DNA of 46,481 nt from Methanomassiliicoccus sp. (GTDB lineage Archaea > Thermoplasmatota > Thermoplasmata > Methanomassiliicoccales > UBA472): positions 1 to 46,481 of the forward strand of contig SPCU01000002.1 of assembly GCA_004525545.1 (NCBI GenBank), read 5' to 3'. The position numbers and the translations under genes were made by a program. The notes beneath the pieces were generated by a model. The model saw only the letters and a list, made by a program, of their open reading frames with translations, was not told where the DNA came from and searched no databases. This document shows, one piece after another, positions 17,710 to 26,234 of the stretch (position 1 is the first letter of the stretch; each line of letters starts with the position of its first letter).

Positions 17710-19629
17710 TTATTTAACGCCTGCGTATGTCGGCCGACCAGCCCCGGCCTGCACCAGCTTGTCGTAGTAATGTGCTACCACGCAGGCTTCGGAACACTTA
17801 CCACATTGGCGGCATTTGTATTCGTCCACCTTCAATTGACCGTCGGTGGTGATCGCCCCGAACTTACAATTGCGCTCGCATATGCGGCATGAAGTGCACA
17901 GCTGTCCTCGAAGGAACGCCTCCACCCCGGCGCGGAAGAGATACTTGGCCTCCTCTTTGGTGGGGCCGATGGCCGAAATGTGCCCTCCCCCGAATATCTT
18001 CAGGGTGGCGTTCTTGGTCTTCACCATGGCCACCTCGAACTCTGGAGAGTACTTTACCTTGCCAATGGTCTTTAGGACCTCCACCACCTGGGAGAAGTCT
18101 CTTTTATGCGGGATGGTCAGAACCCTTTCCATGGAGAAGCCGCCGGCCACGCAGGGACTGGCCCCCTTGGATACCTTCAGTTCCATGATATCGCTCCTCA
18201 TCTGCGGCACCTTCATCTGCAGTTCCTCGGCGACCAACCTCATCTTCGGCGGCAGTGATTTCCAGCGCCAGAAGCCGTGGCGAACGAAATCTTCAGAGAC
18301 GCCTACCTGCTTCCCCCAATTGTTAAGGAACCCCTCCCATTCCAAATGAAGGTCGGGATGTATCTCTCCGGTGGTCTTCCACTCGCTGCCCAGGCAGGAT
18401 GCGCAAAGATAGCAGCCGATACGTTCGAAATCGTTCTCGTAAAGAGGATTATACTCAAGGTCCTCCATCCAGATGTAACCCCATACCTCCGCCGCCCGCC
18501 AATGCCTGATGGGGTTCAGCACCACTTGGTTGGGCACGAAGGGGTTGCGCTCGACGAAACCAATGTCCGCCCTGGCAAAGGATTCCAAGGCACGATTGCC
18601 CTCTACCGTTACCGTTCCCTGACGGTAGTTGTCCTCGATCAGGGAGGTCAGAGGACCAAGCTTGCAAACCTTGCAGCACCAACGGAAGTCCTTGGCCGGA
18701 GGACCGAAGGCGCCGACCTGCTCCCAGAAGGCCCTTCCGGCCTTGGCCACTCTCAAGCGTTCACCGCGTTCGTGGGCGAAGTTCCGCACATAATCGACGG
18801 TCTCCGGGAACTCCAGTCCAGTGTCCACAAAGATCAGGTCGAATCGGCCCAGCGCCTTTTTGGCCAGGCCAAAGCATGCCAATGAGTCCTTCCCCCCGGA
18901 AAAGGACAGGGTAAGCGGTAATTTGCTGTTGTTGGCGAAAGAACGAAGGTCGCTCACAACGCTTGATTCCAAAGCCTTGAAGTGCTTTTGGTTGGCCTTG
19001 ACGAAATCTTCCCAGGAGGCGGGGATCAATGGGAACGGTATATCCCCTTTACCCACGTCCTTCAGGTGTATGACCTTCTCTCCCTCCTTGATCATATCGG
19101 AATTGACCCGGGCCTCCCCGGCGGCCACATTGTTGCCCATGACCACCACGACCGGGTCGCCCGCCTGGAATTCCCCGAGCTTATCGATGATGTCCGCACC
19201 GTTCAGCTTCTTTCCCTTCAGATGTCCCGGTGGCCGATGCGCTCTGACCAGGCCCTTACGCGCTGCTTTGGCCAGCAGAGCCGCGCCTTCGGCCTTCAGT
19301 TCCAGGGAGAAGTCGTTCTTGATCAGCTCGAAACGCATGACGGCGATGACGCGGCCATCCAGCACGATCTCGTCCGCGCGGTCCTCGCCAGCTATCTTGT
19401 TGAGGAAGACGTTCCTGGTACGTAGCATCCCGGAGGTCCCGAAGTGCTTGAGGAACAGGGCGGCCACGGTATCCACCCCTTTCCCGAAACAGGGACGGAT
19501 GTCCCCCGGGGCCGAGACCTCGAAGTCACGCCCCGGACGGCCGCAGATGCCGCATAGCTCGTCCAATATCAGTGTGCCGCAAGAGTCACACCATTTGAAC
19601 CGTACTTTTCCGTGCTGGTACCGTTTCAT
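17710..19629 (-). CDS. Zn-ribbon + PUA + PP-loop (PAPS-reductase family) + 2x[4Fe-4S] ferredoxin fusion protein
   Basis: Four modules in order. (1) CDSC...CGIC ribbon. (2) PUA-like segment (LNGADIIDKLGEFQAGDPVVVV...AAGEARV). (3) PP-loop LSFSGGKDS with RWCCKVCK. (4) C-terminal CTSCRICERNC ... CRQCGKCSEAC. Confidence 0.75.
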   Translation of the reverse strand: MKRYQHGKVRFKWCDSCGTLILDELCGICGRPGRDFEVSAPGDIRPCFGKGVDTVAALFLKHFGTSGMLRTRNVFLNKIAGEDRADEIVLDGRVIAVMRFELIKNDFSLELKAEGAALLAKAARKGLVRAHRPPGHLKGKKLNGADIIDKLGEFQAGDPVVVVMGNNVAAGEARVNSDMIKEGEKVIHLKDVGKGDIPFPLIPASWEDFVKANQKHFKALESSVVSDLRSFANNSKLPLTLSFSGGKDSLACFGLAKKALGRFDLIFVDTGLEFPETVDYVRNFAHERGERLRVAKAGRAFWEQVGAFGPPAKDFRWCCKVCKLGPLTSLIEDNYRQGTVTVEGNRALESFARADIGFVERNPFVPNQVVLNPIRHWRAAEVWGYIWMEDLEYNPLYENDFERIGCYLCASCLGSEWKTTGEIHPDLHLEWEGFLNNWGKQVGVSEDFVRHGFWRWKSLPPKMRLVAEELQMKVPQMRSDIMELKVSKGASPCVAGGFSMERVLTIPHKRDFSQVVEVLKTIGKVKYSPEFEVAMVKTKNATLKIFGGGHISAIGPTKEEAKYLFRAGVEAFLRGQLCTSCRICERNCKFGAITTDGQLKVDEYKCRQCGKCSEACVVAHYYDKLVQAGAGRPTYAGVK

Positions 19630-19729
19630 TTCCCCAACCTATCCTTCGCTTACGTACTTCAACCTTCCTGCACGGTACGGCATCGGCGGATAATGTTTAT
19701 TTACGAGTGCGTACAGTGAACGGGCCAAG

Positions 19730-20386
19730 ATGTACGACGAATACGGGAACCTTATCATACCCAAAAACTTCGGTCGGATACATTTCGGCCACAAGGAGAT
19801 AGTCCAAATTCTGATCAGCGTGGTCGTGCTCACGGTCGCCTTCACCATCGTGCTGTTGGGAGGGGTGCTAGGAGACATTGGTAGTTTTACCACCCTAAAC
19901 TGGCTGTTCGCCTTGGGCGTCTCGGCCGTTGTCTCCGTCTGCGGATTCCTGTTGCACGAGCTGGCCCACAAGTTCGTAGCCCAACGGTATGGCGCCTGGG
20001 CAGAGTACCGCATGTACCCCACAGGATTACTTATGGCCCTGGTATTTTCATTCCTGGGCTTCATCTTTGCCGCCCCCGGAGCGGTGTATATTCAAGGAAG
20101 GATAACCAAGAAGCAGAACGGGCTGATATCCGTGGCTGGACCGGCCACCAACGTGGTCTTCGGCTCGGTGTTCATCCTGCTGTGGCTCGCTTTCCCGGAC
20201 ATGGACCCATGGAGCTACGCGTTCAGACTCATCGGCTTGCTGTCCCTGTTCCTGGCGGTCTTCAACCTTCTACCCTTCGGACCGTTGGACGGAAAGAAGG
20301 TACTGGACTGGAACCCGGTGGCATGGATTGTAACGATAGGCTTGGCAGGCTCCATATTATTGGTATTCTGGGGGGGCATCATCTAA
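19730..20386 (+). CDS. M50 (site-2 protease) family membrane metalloprotease
   Basis: HELAHKF zinc motif and NLLPFGPLDG in a polytopic membrane protein. Confidence 0.88.
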   Translation: MYDEYGNLIIPKNFGRIHFGHKEIVQILISVVVLTVAFTIVLLGGVLGDIGSFTTLNWLFALGVSAVVSVCGFLLHELAHKFVAQRYGAWAEYRMYPTGLLMALVFSFLGFIFAAPGAVYIQGRITKKQNGLISVAGPATNVVFGSVFILLWLAFPDMDPWSYAFRLIGLLSLFLAVFNLLPFGPLDGKKVLDWNPVAWIVTIGLAGSILLVFWGGII

Positions 20387-21824
20387 GGTCGCATATGTCC
20401 CGGCAGGGATAACGGAGATCGCGGATGATCCCGCCCTCCCACTGCATCATCTTGCCTGGGTTGAGGATGTTCTGAGGGTCCATGGCCTTCTTCAGTAGCA
20501 GCATGGTCCCCCAGGCGTCCGGCCTCTCCTTCATCATATAGGGGGCCTTGGACATTCCTACGCCGTGTTCACCGGTGACCGTTCCGCCTAGGGCGATCAC
20601 TGTGTCGAATATCTGCCCGACGGCCTTCTCGCCCCTGATCCAGTCGTCCTCGGAGCAGGGGTTCAAGAGCATCTTAGTGTGCAGGTTGCCATCGGCGGCG
20701 TGACCATACGTCCCCACGATAACCCGATTCTCCTCGGCGATGCGGTGGAAGGCCACGACCGCCTCCGGTATGCGGGAGATGGGAACGGCCATGTCATCGG
20801 CCAAGGATACGGATACCAGCTCATCGCCCAAGCGGCTCAGCGCGGACATGACCGACTTGCGGGCGCTGGTCCATAGGGCCATCTGTTCTTTATCGTCCGA
20901 TGTCTGCACCGTGACGGCGCCGCTCCTGCGGGCCACTTCCTCCACGATCTTGAGCTCCTTGGCAACCATCTCCGGCTCTCCGTCCACTTCGATCATGCAG
21001 ACCGCTTGGACGTCTGGGAGTCCGGCCTTCACCGCCTTATTGACCGCCCTGATACAGATATCGTCCATCAGCTCGGTGGCCGAAGGTATCAACGGCAGGG
21101 AGATGAGGTTGGAGACAAAGGTTCCGGCATCCTCCAAGCGATCGAAGGCCGCCAGCGCCATGGCCGCCTTCTTCGGTTTCGGGGCCACTCTCAGAGTGAT
21201 CTCGGTGATCACCCCCAGAGTGCCTTCGCTTCCGACGAACAGCCTCTCCAACTGGTAACCGGAGGAGTTCTTGATGGTGTTGGTACCCACGTGTATGACC
21301 GAACCGTCGGCCAGGACGACCTCCAAGCCGAGAACGTAATCCCTGCTCGCCCCGTACTTCACCGCCCTCATGCCCGAAGCGTTCGTGGCCACCATGCCGC
21401 CGATGGTGCAGGCCTCCCCGCTGCCCGGGGTCGGGGGGAAGAAGAACTTGTATGGCGCCAACGCCTCGTTCAATCTATCGTAGACCACGCCGGCCTGCGT
21501 CACGCAATAGAGATCGTTCACCCGTACCTTCTTGATCTCGTTCATGCGGGTGAGGTCCATGACCATGCCACCCATGATGGGCACCGCCGCTCCGCAAAGG
21601 CCTGTCCCTCCTCCGCGGGGGACCACAGGAATACCTTCCCTAGCGGCGATCCTGATCAGCTCCGAGACCTCGGATGTGCTCTTAGGACGTACTACGATGT
21701 CCGGGTTGTGGTGGTGGATGGATGAATCAAAACCGTAGGTATAGAGGTCCGCCGCCCTCGTCGAGCAGTTCTCCTCCCCCACGATGGACGCGATCTCCTT
21801 GACCAGCCCCTGCTCTATCGTCAT
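20379..21824 (-). CDS. FAD-linked oxidase (GlcD/D-lactate dehydrogenase family)
   Basis: PCMH-type FAD domain (IPVVPRGGGTGL) and a C-terminal FAD-oxidase domain (GTVTGEHGVG). Overlaps the convergent M50 gene by 8 nt. Confidence 0.85.
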   Translation of the reverse strand: MTIEQGLVKEIASIVGEENCSTRAADLYTYGFDSSIHHHNPDIVVRPKSTSEVSELIRIAAREGIPVVPRGGGTGLCGAAVPIMGGMVMDLTRMNEIKKVRVNDLYCVTQAGVVYDRLNEALAPYKFFFPPTPGSGEACTIGGMVATNASGMRAVKYGASRDYVLGLEVVLADGSVIHVGTNTIKNSSGYQLERLFVGSEGTLGVITEITLRVAPKPKKAAMALAAFDRLEDAGTFVSNLISLPLIPSATELMDDICIRAVNKAVKAGLPDVQAVCMIEVDGEPEMVAKELKIVEEVARRSGAVTVQTSDDKEQMALWTSARKSVMSALSRLGDELVSVSLADDMAVPISRIPEAVVAFHRIAEENRVIVGTYGHAADGNLHTKMLLNPCSEDDWIRGEKAVGQIFDTVIALGGTVTGEHGVGMSKAPYMMKERPDAWGTMLLLKKAMDPQNILNPGKMMQWEGGIIRDLRYPCRDICDLR

Positions 21825-21912
21825 ATCGAGCCATGATACGTAGCGGGGTCTAGATAATCGTTACTCGACGGAATGATAAACTTCATCTATTCATCCGTCA
21901 AGGTATTACCCC

Positions 21913-22251
21913 GTGAAGCAACAGTCGGACGGTAAGATGGTCATCGTTCCGGCCGACCAATTCATAATATTGTTGGAAAAGGTCGAGAACGGGGAATGTT
22001 TACTTCTGGACGTGCGCGATCCTGATGAATTTAATGCCGAGAGGATCACTGGGGCCAAGAACGTGCCGGTGGACGACATCCGGAACAAGCTCGATCAACT
22101 GGACCGCGATACCTCCCTGCTCATATACTGCAAGGCCGGCAAGCGGAGCAATCGGGCTTATGACCAGCTTATTAGAATGGGTTTCCACGATATCGTTGTC
22201 CTGGATGGGGGCATCGAGTCCTTGAAGGCCCATTCAAGAAAGATGATCTAG
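21913..22251 (+). CDS. single-domain rhodanese-like sulfurtransferase
   Basis: LLLDVRDPDEF and active-site loop YCKAGKRS. GTG start in the track; an ATG at 21937 is an alternative. Ends in TAG. Confidence 0.85.
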   Translation: MKQQSDGKMVIVPADQFIILLEKVENGECLLLDVRDPDEFNAERITGAKNVPVDDIRNKLDQLDRDTSLLIYCKAGKRSNRAYDQLIRMGFHDIVVLDGGIESLKAHSRKMI

Positions 22252-22560
22252 ACATCTGAGCTTAAGTGATTATGTGAGAATATCGTTTCACAGATCTGTT
22301 CGTAATATATTGATCGAATCGGATATGGGTACGAAAAACATCGTTTGAATTTCGTTTTCAAATATGATATTTAATGATTGTTATATACATCTCTATTTTA
22401 TGAAACGAATAACCACCCAGGACACTTTTTAATATGCTGGCTCATCTTTAATACATGTTAATACACTTGGATGGTTAATCCATCCATAACAATAGTTTAT
22501 AATCCCAACGATGTTTTGTCTTTTACCAAAACTGAAAAGTATTGGAGAGGTGAGTAACAA
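22252..22560 (+). promoter_or_regulatory. AT-rich ~300-nt promoter/leader region of the corrinoid methyltransferase operon
   Basis: Visibly much more AT-rich than its flanks. Candidate TATA TTTATAAT at 22496-22503 and RBS GGAGAGGTGAG before the ATG at 22561. Contains repeated octamers and a 17-nt hairpin palindrome (see findings). Confidence 0.55.
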
Positions 22561-23199
22561 ATGCAAGGACAGGAAATTCTGGCAGCATTGGAGAACGCGG
22601 TTATCACTGGTAACAAGGCTGACTCTATTAAATTCGCCAAGGAGGCATTGGAAAACGGAGTTAAGGCCTTGGACGCCATCGATAATGGATTGGTCAAGGG
22701 TATGACCATCGTCGGTGACAAGTACGCCAAGCACGAATTCTTCTTACCCCAGGTACTACTGGCCGCGGCGTCATTGTACGGCGGGTTGGACATTTTGCTA
22801 CCCCATATTCCAACGGACGGAACCGCCAAAAGGGTGGTGGGAGTCATTGGGGTCGTCGAGGGTGACGTGCACGACATCGGTAAAAACATCGTGAAGACCA
22901 TGTTGACCGCGGCCGGACTAGACATGCACGATTACGGCAAGGATGTGCCCGTCGAGAACTTCGTCAATTCGGTGAAGAAGGATGGGGCTTTCATACTGGC
23001 GATGAGCACCTTGATGACGCCGACCATGGACGGTATGAAGTCGGTCGTCGACGGATTGATCGAGAACGGGGACCGCACGACGGTGAAGATCATAATCGGT
23101 GGCGCACCAACGTCCCAGCCGTTCGCGGACGACATCGGGGCGGACATGCACGCCATCAATGCCCAGGAAGCGGTCAAGAAAGTAAAGGAGGTGTTGTGA
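22561..23199 (+). CDS. methyltransferase cognate corrinoid (B12-binding) protein, MtaC/MtbC/MtsB-like
   Basis: N-terminal helical cap. B12 motif GDVHDIGKN (DxHxxG), MSTLMT (SxL) and IIIGGAP (GG). Confidence 0.9.
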   Translation: MQGQEILAALENAVITGNKADSIKFAKEALENGVKALDAIDNGLVKGMTIVGDKYAKHEFFLPQVLLAAASLYGGLDILLPHIPTDGTAKRVVGVIGVVEGDVHDIGKNIVKTMLTAAGLDMHDYGKDVPVENFVNSVKKDGAFILAMSTLMTPTMDGMKSVVDGLIENGDRTTVKIIIGGAPTSQPFADDIGADMHAINAQEAVKKVKEVL

Positions 23200-23200
23200 A

Positions 23201-24298
23201 ATGACTGAGAAGATGACTCATATAGAGCGGGTCTTGGCATCCTTGGGCGACCAGCCGGTTGACAGGCTGACGGTATACCCCATCGCATGCGGCGTCTCCC
23301 GCCGGACGATCGGGGACGGGACAATGCTGTACAAGGACTGGTGCTCGGACCCCAAGAACTACGCACAGGGGTTAATATCCGGGCAGAAGTACTTCGACCT
23401 GGACTTAACCGTCGGCCTGATGGACCTGTCGGTCATAGCCGGGGACTTTGGGTCCCATGTGCGCATGGACGAGCAGAACACACCGTTCGTGGACGATCCA
23501 GTGATCAAAGGGCCGGAGGACTATGAGAAACTGCAGGCTCCGGACATAAATAAGGGTAGGTCTGGTGTTATCCTCGAAGGCACCAAGATCTTCGCCGATG
23601 CCCTGAAGAATGAGACCATCACATCGGGGTTCCTTGAGGGCCCATTATTGGCACTGACCCAGTCGGCCAGCGCAGAGAAGGTCTTCATGGACATGTACAA
23701 CAACCGCTCGGCGGTCCACAAGGCCCTGGGGACCTTCACCGAGTATTTAAGGGATATGGTCAAGGGGATGGGACAGTCCAAGCCTGCCGCGTGTATGTGG
23801 GACTATCTCTGGGCTTCCTACAGCTGCCTAGGCGACAACGAGTACGATGAGTTCGAGGGGCAGTACAAGTACGCTGGCGGCCTGAACGAGCTGGTCGGCA
23901 AGGAGGGCATGGCCTTGGCCATACACAACTGCGCCGACCTGCCCCACCTGGACACCCAGATCAAGGCGATGAAGCCCGCAGCCTATACCATGGCCTACTA
24001 CCCGCTGATACCCGGCTCGCCGTCGGCCTCCGAGGTCATCGGAAAGGGATACGCGGACAATTGCGTGGTATGCGGTAACATTGACCCCCAGGGCTACGTG
24101 CGCTGGAGCCAGGAGAAGATGCAGAAGACCACCATGAACTTGTGCCAAGAGGTCAAGACGGCCTTGTGCGCCCGCGGCCTGAAGTCTAAGTATTGCATCG
24201 CTTCCGGATGCGAGGTACCCCCGTCAGTCACTACCCGCCTTGAGAACATCAAGACAATGGTTGACACCGTCAAGCAGTACGGTCAGGTCACCTGCTGA
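23201..24298 (+). CDS. UroD-family methyltransferase, Zn-type (MtaA/MtbA/MtsA-like methylcobamide:thiol methyltransferase)
   Basis: UroD-like N-terminus (ERVLASLGDQPVDRLTVYP). Putative Zn ligands H-x-C (AIHNCAD) and a downstream Cys (IASGCEVPP), as in MT2 enzymes. Starts 1 nt after the corrinoid gene stop. Confidence 0.8.
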   Translation: MTEKMTHIERVLASLGDQPVDRLTVYPIACGVSRRTIGDGTMLYKDWCSDPKNYAQGLISGQKYFDLDLTVGLMDLSVIAGDFGSHVRMDEQNTPFVDDPVIKGPEDYEKLQAPDINKGRSGVILEGTKIFADALKNETITSGFLEGPLLALTQSASAEKVFMDMYNNRSAVHKALGTFTEYLRDMVKGMGQSKPAACMWDYLWASYSCLGDNEYDEFEGQYKYAGGLNELVGKEGMALAIHNCADLPHLDTQIKAMKPAAYTMAYYPLIPGSPSASEVIGKGYADNCVVCGNIDPQGYVRWSQEKMQKTTMNLCQEVKTALCARGLKSKYCIASGCEVPPSVTTRLENIKTMVDTVKQYGQVTC

Positions 24299-24300
24299 AC

Positions 24301-24338
24301 GATGGCTCCGGCCATCATCTTTATTTTTTCCTTTTTCC
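24301..24338 (+). terminator. hairpin plus oligo-T terminator after the methyltransferase gene
   Basis: GATGGC-TCCG-GCCATC hairpin at 24301-24316, followed by ATCTTTATTTTTTCCTTTTTCC. Confidence 0.6.
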
Positions 24339-24396
24339 AAAATTTTAACAACCTATTCATACTTGAAATCAGATTTCTGGATATACTGGTGAACCG

Positions 24397-25068
24397 ATGA
24401 AAATTGCTCAGGTCGCAGGTTTTCTTGGAAGTGGAAAGACCACCTTCCTCATAGAATTGGCCAAGATCCTGGTGGATCGTGGCCATAGGATCGCTATCAT
24501 CGTCAATGACGTGGGGGAGATAAACGTAGATGCCAAATTCATCGAGATGTACGGACTGAAGGCCAAGGAGATATCCGGCGGATGCATTTGCTGCCAGGTA
24601 GCCGGTAACTTCGCCAATACCATCGCCATCCTTTACAACACTTTCAAACCTGACATCGTCATCGTGGAGCCATCTGGTGTTGCGATCCCTTGGGGACTGA
24701 AACGTGCCGCGGAATACTCCGAAGAGGAGATGGACGACGTCATCGTCCATGCTCCGGTCATTACCTTGGTCGACTCACTCAGGATCGAGGAGCTCATGCA
24801 GTCGGTGCGCCGCCTGGTCGAGACGCAGATACGCGAGGCGGACGTGGTATTCATCAATAAGGTGGACAGCGCCACCAAGGAGAAGATCGACCTATCGGTA
24901 CAGTTCTCTAAGGCCATCAACCCTAACGCTGAGATCATGTTCGGTTCCGGTCGCAATAACCAGGGGGTAAAGGAAGCGGCCACGTTGATAGAGACCAGGA
25001 CCTCGCCCCGCTACGACGAGTCGTATGAGAAGGAGATGCTTAAGAGGGACTACGGAGGGGGCGCCTGA
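24397..25068 (+). CDS. COG0523/CobW-family G3E GTPase, GTPase domain only
   Basis: Walker A GFLGSGKTT, metal-binding GCICC, EPSGVA, and NKVD. The ORF ends where the usual C-terminal domain would begin. Confidence 0.85.
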   Translation: MKIAQVAGFLGSGKTTFLIELAKILVDRGHRIAIIVNDVGEINVDAKFIEMYGLKAKEISGGCICCQVAGNFANTIAILYNTFKPDIVIVEPSGVAIPWGLKRAAEYSEEEMDDVIVHAPVITLVDSLRIEELMQSVRRLVETQIREADVVFINKVDSATKEKIDLSVQFSKAINPNAEIMFGSGRNNQGVKEAATLIETRTSPRYDESYEKEMLKRDYGGGA

Positions 25069-25541
25069 TGACCGAACTTGATGAAGATGACGACCTTCAT
25101 TTGGAAATGCATCGTGCGGTGGATGAGCTGGGCAAGTTCTCCCTCCACATGCGGATGGATTTCGGGAAGGGCGCACCGGCCAGCAAGGCCATCTCCTTTA
25201 TTGAGGAGCTGCTCATCCAGGTGACCGATGCCTGCCTTCACCACGGAGCGGACCTGATCGGGCACGTTAAAGCGTTCATGATGGTAGATGAGGACTCCAA
25301 TGTAGGATTCTCTATCATAAACCAGAATATGCAGGTGAACATCACCAGGCACCTGAAGGGTGACAACATAGAGAGGGCAGATGTGATCGTGCACATCATT
25401 GTCCACGGCATTTGGGACCCGGAGGTCCGCGATCTGACCATGGGCGTCCTAGATGGTCTGACCAAGGCTCGAGAGGTCACCTTTCAGGTTATCAAGGACT
25501 ATTACGAGACGGAAAAGAGCGTGGAGCACCACGGAGGTTGA
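25068..25541 (+). CDS. hypothetical protein, possibly the detached CobW C-terminal-like domain
   Basis: The ATG overlaps the GTPase stop (TGATG). 157 aa and His-rich (HHGADLIGHVKAF...VIVHIIVHG). The assignment to a CobW_C-like fold is inference only. Confidence 0.4.
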   Translation: MTELDEDDDLHLEMHRAVDELGKFSLHMRMDFGKGAPASKAISFIEELLIQVTDACLHHGADLIGHVKAFMMVDEDSNVGFSIINQNMQVNITRHLKGDNIERADVIVHIIVHGIWDPEVRDLTMGVLDGLTKAREVTFQVIKDYYETEKSVEHHGG

Positions 25542-25544
25542 CCA

Positions 25545-25856
25545 ATGGAAACCTACTATCAATACATGAAGGCGAAGGGCATCTCCCGGAACAGCGTGGA
25601 CTCCATCCGCAAGTTCAAATGCCCTAACTGTGGGTTCGAATTCTCAATAACCTACGCGCGTACCTTTGCCTGCCGCGGCTGCCCAGAGGTCATGAACTCC
25701 TGCCCCAAGGTGCGTTGTGGCAAGTGCGATCATGAGTTCTACATACGGGAAGCGCCGCATGTGAATGGAAAGATGAGGGAACGAGAGATCTCCAATCATA
25801 TCTCATCGGTGGTCAACAGCTACTATCAGGAACAGGGTTGGAAAAAGAGCCGCTGA
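25545..25856 (+). CDS. Cys-rich double zinc-ribbon protein, function unknown
   Basis: CPNC...CRGC...CPKVRCGKC. Starts 3 nt after the preceding stop. Confidence 0.55.
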   Translation: METYYQYMKAKGISRNSVDSIRKFKCPNCGFEFSITYARTFACRGCPEVMNSCPKVRCGKCDHEFYIREAPHVNGKMREREISNHISSVVNSYYQEQGWKKSR

Positions 25857-26234
25857 TCAGCGGATCGCCGCTTCCATGGCCTTGACCACGGCCTTCACTT
25901 CCTCTTCCGAGGGCTCCGGGAAATCGAAGGACGTTGTGAACTGGCAGGGCAACAATCCCCGTGCCACGTGATCGTCGATCGTAATGGAACTTCCGATCTC
26001 CAACCCGTTCTTCTCCATCATCCGGTCGCAGCAACGGTTGCGGCAGCCGTTGACCGTCACCAGTGAAGACATGTCCACCCCGCCCATCTCCAACATTATT
26101 GGACTAAGTCCTACGGTGCATACCGAGAACTGGATGACCTTGCTCATGTTGTCCTTGGCGAACGCCTCGGTCACTTTCTCCAGCAAGTACCCCCTTTCCC
26201 CGTTGGCCCCGCATACTACCACCCCTTTTCTCAT
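25857..26234 (-). CDS. DGC-domain putative zinc-binding protein (NGC variant)
   Basis: VVVCGANGERG ... VTVNGCRNRCC pattern in a ~125 aa protein, paralogous in layout to the upstream ORF. Confidence 0.6.
   Translation of the reverse strand: MRKGVVVCGANGERGYLLEKVTEAFAKDNMSKVIQFSVCTVGLSPIMLEMGGVDMSSLVTVNGCRNRCCDRMMEKNGLEIGSSITIDDHVARGLLPCQFTTSFDFPEPSEEEVKAVVKAMEAAIR

Noticed and set aside
22364-22432. 22-aa ORF (MIFNDCYIHLYFMKRITTQDTF) inside the AT-rich leader.
   Set aside because: It has no RBS, its composition is driven by AT-rich DNA, and an ORF this short is expected by chance. It would only be worth revisiting if Ribo-seq shows occupancy, as a possible leader peptide.
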